Under the pieces are notes generated by a model that was not told the origin of the DNA, ran no database searches, and was given only the letters and a program-made list of their open reading frames with translations. Positions 59,849 through 64,000 of a stretch of DNA of 64,000 nucleotides are shown piece by piece; position 1 is the stretch's first letter, and the number at the start of each line of letters is the position of its first letter. The position numbers were made by a program, and so were the translations under genes. Source of the stretch: Lysobacterales bacterium (GTDB lineage Bacteria > Pseudomonadota > Gammaproteobacteria > Xanthomonadales > Marinicellaceae); NCBI GenBank assembly GCA_027067055.1, contig JAMOMK010000104.1, positions 59,572 through 123,571 on the forward strand, written 5' to 3'.

Positions 59849-61171
59849 ATGAATACCATTAAAAATACCGAAGCGATTGTTGCAGAAATTTTAGAGACAG
59901 TAAAGAAAAAAGGCGCAAGTGATGCCGAAGTTGTTTATTCCAAAGGCGCCGGGCTCTCAATTAGTGTTCGAAATGGTGATGTTGACACGGTAGAAAACTC
60001 CAATGATTCATCACTTATATTGACTGTTTATAATGGTAAAGCTAAAGGGTCAGCATCTACGGCAATCTTAGATAAGGACAGCATTGATTTAACCATAGAA
60101 AAAGCTTTAGAAATTGCCAAACTGACACAAGAAGATGAATTTGCTGGTATTGCTGACAAAGAGTTATTGGCTAATTCTGCAGATTTTAAAGATTTATCCA
60201 CTTACCATCCGCGTGACATCTCTCCTGAAACCATGATTGAAATGGCGAAACAAGCCGAAAGCGCAACTTTAGAAACCAAAGGCGTAGTTGTTGACGAAGC
60301 AGGTGTTTCTATGGGTGAAGGCTTTTCTGTTTACGCTAATTCCAATGGTTTTATGGGCACAAAACAAGACACCAATTCTTCCATGAGTGTCGTAGCAATT
60401 GCTGAAAAAAATGGTCAAATGGAACGTGATTATTGGTGGGATGCAGTTCGTGATTTTAACAATCTAATGTCAGCAGATGAATTAGGGAGAAAAGCTGCAC
60501 AGCGTACCATTTCACGCATTGGTGCCACTAAAGTGAAATCGTGTAAAGTGCCCGTGCTTTTTGATGCCACAATTGCTCAAGGTTTGGTTGGTCATATTTT
60601 ATCGGCTATTTCGGGTAGTAGTTTATACCAAGAGACGAGTTTTCTTAAGGATGATTTAGGCAATCAAATATTCCCTGAGTGGTTTGAAATCAACGAAGAC
60701 CCTTTTGTCAAAGGTGGATTTGCCTCTAATAATTACGATAGCAATGGCGTGGCAACTAAACAGCGCAATATCATTGAACAAGGCGTTCTCAAAGGCTTTT
60801 TGTTATCGGTTTATTCTGCTAAGCGTTTGGGTTTAGAAACCACTGGTAATGCTGGAGGTTCGCATAACTTATTTGTCCAATCAAGCAGCAAATCATTTGA
60901 TGAAGCGTTAAAAGAACTCGGTACAGGTTTGTATGTAACCAGTGTCATGGGACAAGGCGTTAATACAGTTAATGGTGATTATTCTCGCGGAGCATCTGGC
61001 TTTTGGGTGGAAAATGGTGAACTTCAGTTCCCCGTTAGCGAACTAACCATCGCCAGCAACCTCAAAGACATGTATAAAAATTTGGTATTGGTTGCAGGTG
61101 ACATTGATAAACGCTCTAAAATTCAAACTGGCTCATGGTTAATTGAAGAAATGACTATTGCTGGAGATTGA
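59849..61171 (+). CDS. pmbA: Metalloprotease PmbA (TldE)
   Basis: Full-length similarity to PmbA (..GDYSRGASGFWVENGELQFPVSELTIASNLKDM..). Confidence 0.9.
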   Translation: MNTIKNTEAIVAEILETVKKKGASDAEVVYSKGAGLSISVRNGDVDTVENSNDSSLILTVYNGKAKGSASTAILDKDSIDLTIEKALEIAKLTQEDEFAGIADKELLANSADFKDLSTYHPRDISPETMIEMAKQAESATLETKGVVVDEAGVSMGEGFSVYANSNGFMGTKQDTNSSMSVVAIAEKNGQMERDYWWDAVRDFNNLMSADELGRKAAQRTISRIGATKVKSCKVPVLFDATIAQGLVGHILSAISGSSLYQETSFLKDDLGNQIFPEWFEINEDPFVKGGFASNNYDSNGVATKQRNIIEQGVLKGFLLSVYSAKRLGLETTGNAGGSHNLFVQSSSKSFDEALKELGTGLYVTSVMGQGVNTVNGDYSRGASGFWVENGELQFPVSELTIASNLKDMYKNLVLVAGDIDKRSKIQTGSWLIEEMTIAGD

Positions 61172-62312
61172 TTTTATGCACTGGTTTTTCTTTGTTAATC
61201 ACTAAGATACCATCAAACATTTTACTCCAGTCGGCTTTTTTAGGATTTTCGTAATCTAATACTATAGAACTAATCGCCGATAATGACTGCAATTTATTTG
61301 GATTAAGATAAAAACAATCATCCGAACTTTGTATTTGTGCCTCTAAGCTTTGGAGATCTTGATTAGTAATTTCTGCATTTCCAGCTTTGAAACGGTTATA
61401 GTATTGTCCAGATTGAGCACTTATTCCTAGAGCAAAAGATTGATCTTTAAAACTTGTAGCAATATATACTCCCATCGGTTTTATTTTTGTTGATATTTGA
61501 TCTACACTTTTTAGAGCATGAATGTTTGCCGTCCAAATTATTATTTTTTCATGCTTGCTTTGTTGTTTATTTAGCCAAAGTACATTATCAAACATTTGCT
61601 TGTCTCTAATGTTAAAATTATTTCCATCAAGCATGGCAAGGTATTGAATAAAATTAGCTGTTAGTTGTTTTAATTCTTCTATCTTTTTTGATTGGTTTTG
61701 TTTTTCTAAACTGCTGCTTATTTGAATGGCACACTTATTAAGTTGTACTTTTTCTGCACCATTGAAAGGTTTTTTATCCGTGTATTGCCAATTAATATGT
61801 TGTGATATTTTCTTTTCACACAAAACCTTATCCTTTTTCAAAAAGGAAGTCATATCTTTTGGTAGTTGCTTTTGGGCATATGTATTGGTGATACCAAACT
61901 GCAAATCCAGACCCGCTAGTTTCACCTTTCTTGATTGCGCTTTTTTAAACAGATATTTAATTAACCCATCCATTTCTTGAGTAAATGACCAGATGCCACC
62001 AATACTATTTGCTAATTGATTTCTTGTAGCAACTTTATTGTCAATTGAATGATTGAAATCTATAAAGTCATAAAAACCACTTTCAAAGTAGATACTGGTG
62101 AAATGACACTCTTGGATTAATTTTTCAATAATTTGCGTTTTCAGTAAGATTGCCTGACCGCCACCATGATTGCCCTCCTCTCCTAGTATGACAATATTTT
62201 TATTACAGGCATCTTTGATTAGTAGATTTAAGTGAGCATCATTTTTAGCTAAGCTTAATTGACTAAAAAGTAAAACTAAGGAGATAAAATATTTCATATT
62301 ACACTTTGACAA
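61155..62312 (-). CDS. Erythromycin-esterase-like / ChaN-Tiki superfamily protein, secreted
   Basis: Signal peptide. VILGEEGNHGGGQ....K..II.KLIQECHFTSIYFESGFYD resembles the Ere N-terminal GEATHG..E...h...LV...GF...A.E motif. Confidence 0.5.
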   Translation of the reverse strand: MSKCNMKYFISLVLLFSQLSLAKNDAHLNLLIKDACNKNIVILGEEGNHGGGQAILLKTQIIEKLIQECHFTSIYFESGFYDFIDFNHSIDNKVATRNQLANSIGGIWSFTQEMDGLIKYLFKKAQSRKVKLAGLDLQFGITNTYAQKQLPKDMTSFLKKDKVLCEKKISQHINWQYTDKKPFNGAEKVQLNKCAIQISSSLEKQNQSKKIEELKQLTANFIQYLAMLDGNNFNIRDKQMFDNVLWLNKQQSKHEKIIIWTANIHALKSVDQISTKIKPMGVYIATSFKDQSFALGISAQSGQYYNRFKAGNAEITNQDLQSLEAQIQSSDDCFYLNPNKLQSLSAISSIVLDYENPKKADWSKMFDGILVINKEKPVHKINLQQ

Positions 62313-62369
62313 AATTAAAAAACCTAAGTTCCATGAAAAAGAATTTGGGAGATTATGCCATCTTTTTTA

Positions 62370-62999
62370 CTACTGTTTTTGTGCGGCATAAAGTGTTAAG
62401 CCCAATTGATTTGTAATGAGCTTTGCTGAAGTAAAACCACTTTTTAGTAATGTATCTTTTTGTTCTGCTTCGGTCATGTACATACCTGTGTCTTTCATCC
62501 CTGGATTGCCAATGACAAAATCACAAACCAAGAAGTAGCCATTGAGTTTTATCACATTAATAATGTTTTTGTAAATTTCTACAGCTAATGTTTTGTCCCT
62601 GACTTCGTGTATTGATTGCATACAAACAACAACATCATATTGTCCTAAGCCCTCAAAACAGTGTTTTTCCAAAAAACTGCCAACTTTATATTCTGTTATC
62701 GACTGGTATTTATTTAATCGTTTTGATGCAATCTGGTGCATAGATTTTGAGAGATCAAATAGGGTATATTTCTTGATTTTATTGGTTTGTATCAGTCGTT
62801 CGGCTAAGTGTCCAGGTCCCGATCCAATTTCAAGAACAGTTATTGGAGTATCAAATAGTTTGTTAATTTGGTCAGCAAAAGCTTTAAAGAAGTGTTCGCG
62901 ATAATGCCCCTTCTCTATCATTCTCTTTTCCCACTTTTGGGCTTTTTTGAGGTTTTTGGAGCTTCCTTTTTGTGATAAGTCTTGTTTTGTGATTTTCAT
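62370..62999 (-). CDS. Class I SAM-dependent methyltransferase
   Basis: Motif I VLEIGSGPGHLAERL and motif II-like DVVVCMQSIHEV. Confidence 0.7.
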   Translation of the reverse strand: MKITKQDLSQKGSSKNLKKAQKWEKRMIEKGHYREHFFKAFADQINKLFDTPITVLEIGSGPGHLAERLIQTNKIKKYTLFDLSKSMHQIASKRLNKYQSITEYKVGSFLEKHCFEGLGQYDVVVCMQSIHEVRDKTLAVEIYKNIINVIKLNGYFLVCDFVIGNPGMKDTGMYMTEAEQKDTLLKSGFTSAKLITNQLGLTLYAAQKQ

Positions 63000-63143
63000 A
63001 ATGGCTTATTGTTGGCTGCTTAATTACTTATTCAAATAAATAATTTGAATTATTTTATAATCCTTGATAGCTGTCAAGTGACATAATTATTAAAATCATT
63101 TAATATATAAACAAATTTTATATCAAAGAGTTTTGAGGAAATC

Positions 63144-64000
63144 ATGAAAAAAAGAAACAAATTATTATTAAAGGCTTTAACTGCTGTACTTATGGGTGCA
63201 ACAATTACATCTGCCTCTGCACAACAAATTATTGTAAATGAATTTTTACGTGCAGGAAACTTATCAACTACTAATGAGTATATAGAATTAGTATTAATGC
63301 AAGATTTGACAGCGGCTCAATTAGATACTTTTTTTGTAGGCGATTCAACTGGTTCAACTGCGGCAAAATTTTCAGGCTATCAATTTACTAGTATGGCAAC
63401 TATTGCACCAACATTTTGTGCAGGTAGCATTATCACCGTGGGTGGCGATACAGGCCCTGTAGTAGATACAGTATATGATCCAACAAATGGAGACTGGGCA
63501 ATAACCATACACACTAATGATGTAAATATTACAGGAAATGGTTCTGGAGGTAATTTAGCTGGAACAGATGTGGCTTATGTTGATACAGATGGCACCAATG
63601 GAAATACGACATTGTCAGCTAACGGCTTTGCTGTAAATTGGGACAGCACACCAGGTACATTCGGAGCTAATGCCAGTTTTACACTGACAAACTCACCTGC
63701 TAACAATTCCGGTGCATATTTAAATGATGTGTTAGCAAATGCCGCTCTTGATGCCTCATGGGCTTCAGATGCAACAGCTACATTAACTCCTGGAGCAGTT
63801 AATGGCGGTGGAAACACCACGAGTATTCAAGCACTTCAAGCAACAGCATTAGGAACTGTAACAATCTCAGGTACTCCTGCAGCAATTGAAGGCAATGCAG
63901 GTAACACTATTTTCACCTTTACAGCAACAAGAACGGCAAGTTGTGTCGCTGCCAGTGTTGATTTTACTGTTACCGGAACAGGTGCAAATCCAGCTGATGC
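63144..64000 (+). CDS. Secreted large protein with an N-terminal lamin-tail-like domain (partial; continues beyond the window)
   Basis: Signal peptide MKKRNKLLLKALTAVLMGATITSASA, then IIVNEFLRAGN...NEYIELVLMQD (LTD-like start). Thr/Gly/Asn-rich repeats. No stop before position 64000. Confidence 0.55.
   Translation, partial: MKKRNKLLLKALTAVLMGATITSASAQQIIVNEFLRAGNLSTTNEYIELVLMQDLTAAQLDTFFVGDSTGSTAAKFSGYQFTSMATIAPTFCAGSIITVGGDTGPVVDTVYDPTNGDWAITIHTNDVNITGNGSGGNLAGTDVAYVDTDGTNGNTTLSANGFAVNWDSTPGTFGANASFTLTNSPANNSGAYLNDVLANAALDASWASDATATLTPGAVNGGGNTTSIQALQATALGTVTISGTPAAIEGNAGNTIFTFTATRTASCVAASVDFTVTGTGANPAD

Overview
This 64-kb window is a chromosomal segment of an AT-rich genome that looks gammaproteobacterial by gene content and order. 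Most of it is core housekeeping backbone, interrupted by several accessory insertions.

Backbone genes, in order: obgE, a yffB-like ArsC-family gene, dapE, a Sel1-repeat protein, an unusual PP-loop + MurD-like fusion, a glycine-zipper lipoprotein, sucD-sucC, pilB-pilC-pilD-coaE, a tRNA with CAU anticodon, a DUF819 membrane protein, a gamma-carbonic-anhydrase-family gene, an S41 peptidase, add, yaaA, accA, tilS, a TlpA-like thioredoxin, hda with an AI-2E transporter and a CDP-alcohol phosphatidyltransferase, an unannotated SRP RNA (ffs), carA-carB, greA, tRNA-Phe, yggX, tldD, yjgA, pmbA, a methyltransferase, and the 5' part of a large secreted lamin-tail-domain protein.

The most unusual region is a roughly 10-kb operon on the minus strand at about 25.5-35.3 kb. 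In transcription order it encodes a YjfI-like protein, a PspA/IM30 protein, a 112-aa protein, an NfeD-like protein, a flotillin (SPFH) protein, a 1742-aa protein with one MoxR-class AAA+ module, and a 32-aa transmembrane peptide coupled by an ATGA overlap. I do not recognise this composite as a described system.

A 6.9-kb island is integrated at the 3' end of tRNA-Phe and bounded by a 53-bp direct repeat (partial tRNA copy at 47611-47663). It carries a P4-type tyrosine integrase, an AlpA-like regulator, a TerS-like protein and two very AT-rich orphan proteins of 640 and 429 aa with PD-(D/E)xK-like motifs. This is a candidate phage-satellite-like island with possible anti-phage cargo.

Between greA and that island is a decayed remnant: a Fic protein, plus a HigB-type toxin gene broken by an insertion and frame changes next to an intact HigA-like antitoxin.

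Other accessory features: an orphan SUKH (SMI1/KNR4) gene, a vapBC pair, a PAT-family acetyltransferase, a DUF559 gene flanked by two copies of a GC-rich compound palindromic repeat, and a non-coding region downstream of sucD with oppositely oriented intrinsic terminators and a candidate small RNA or leader.
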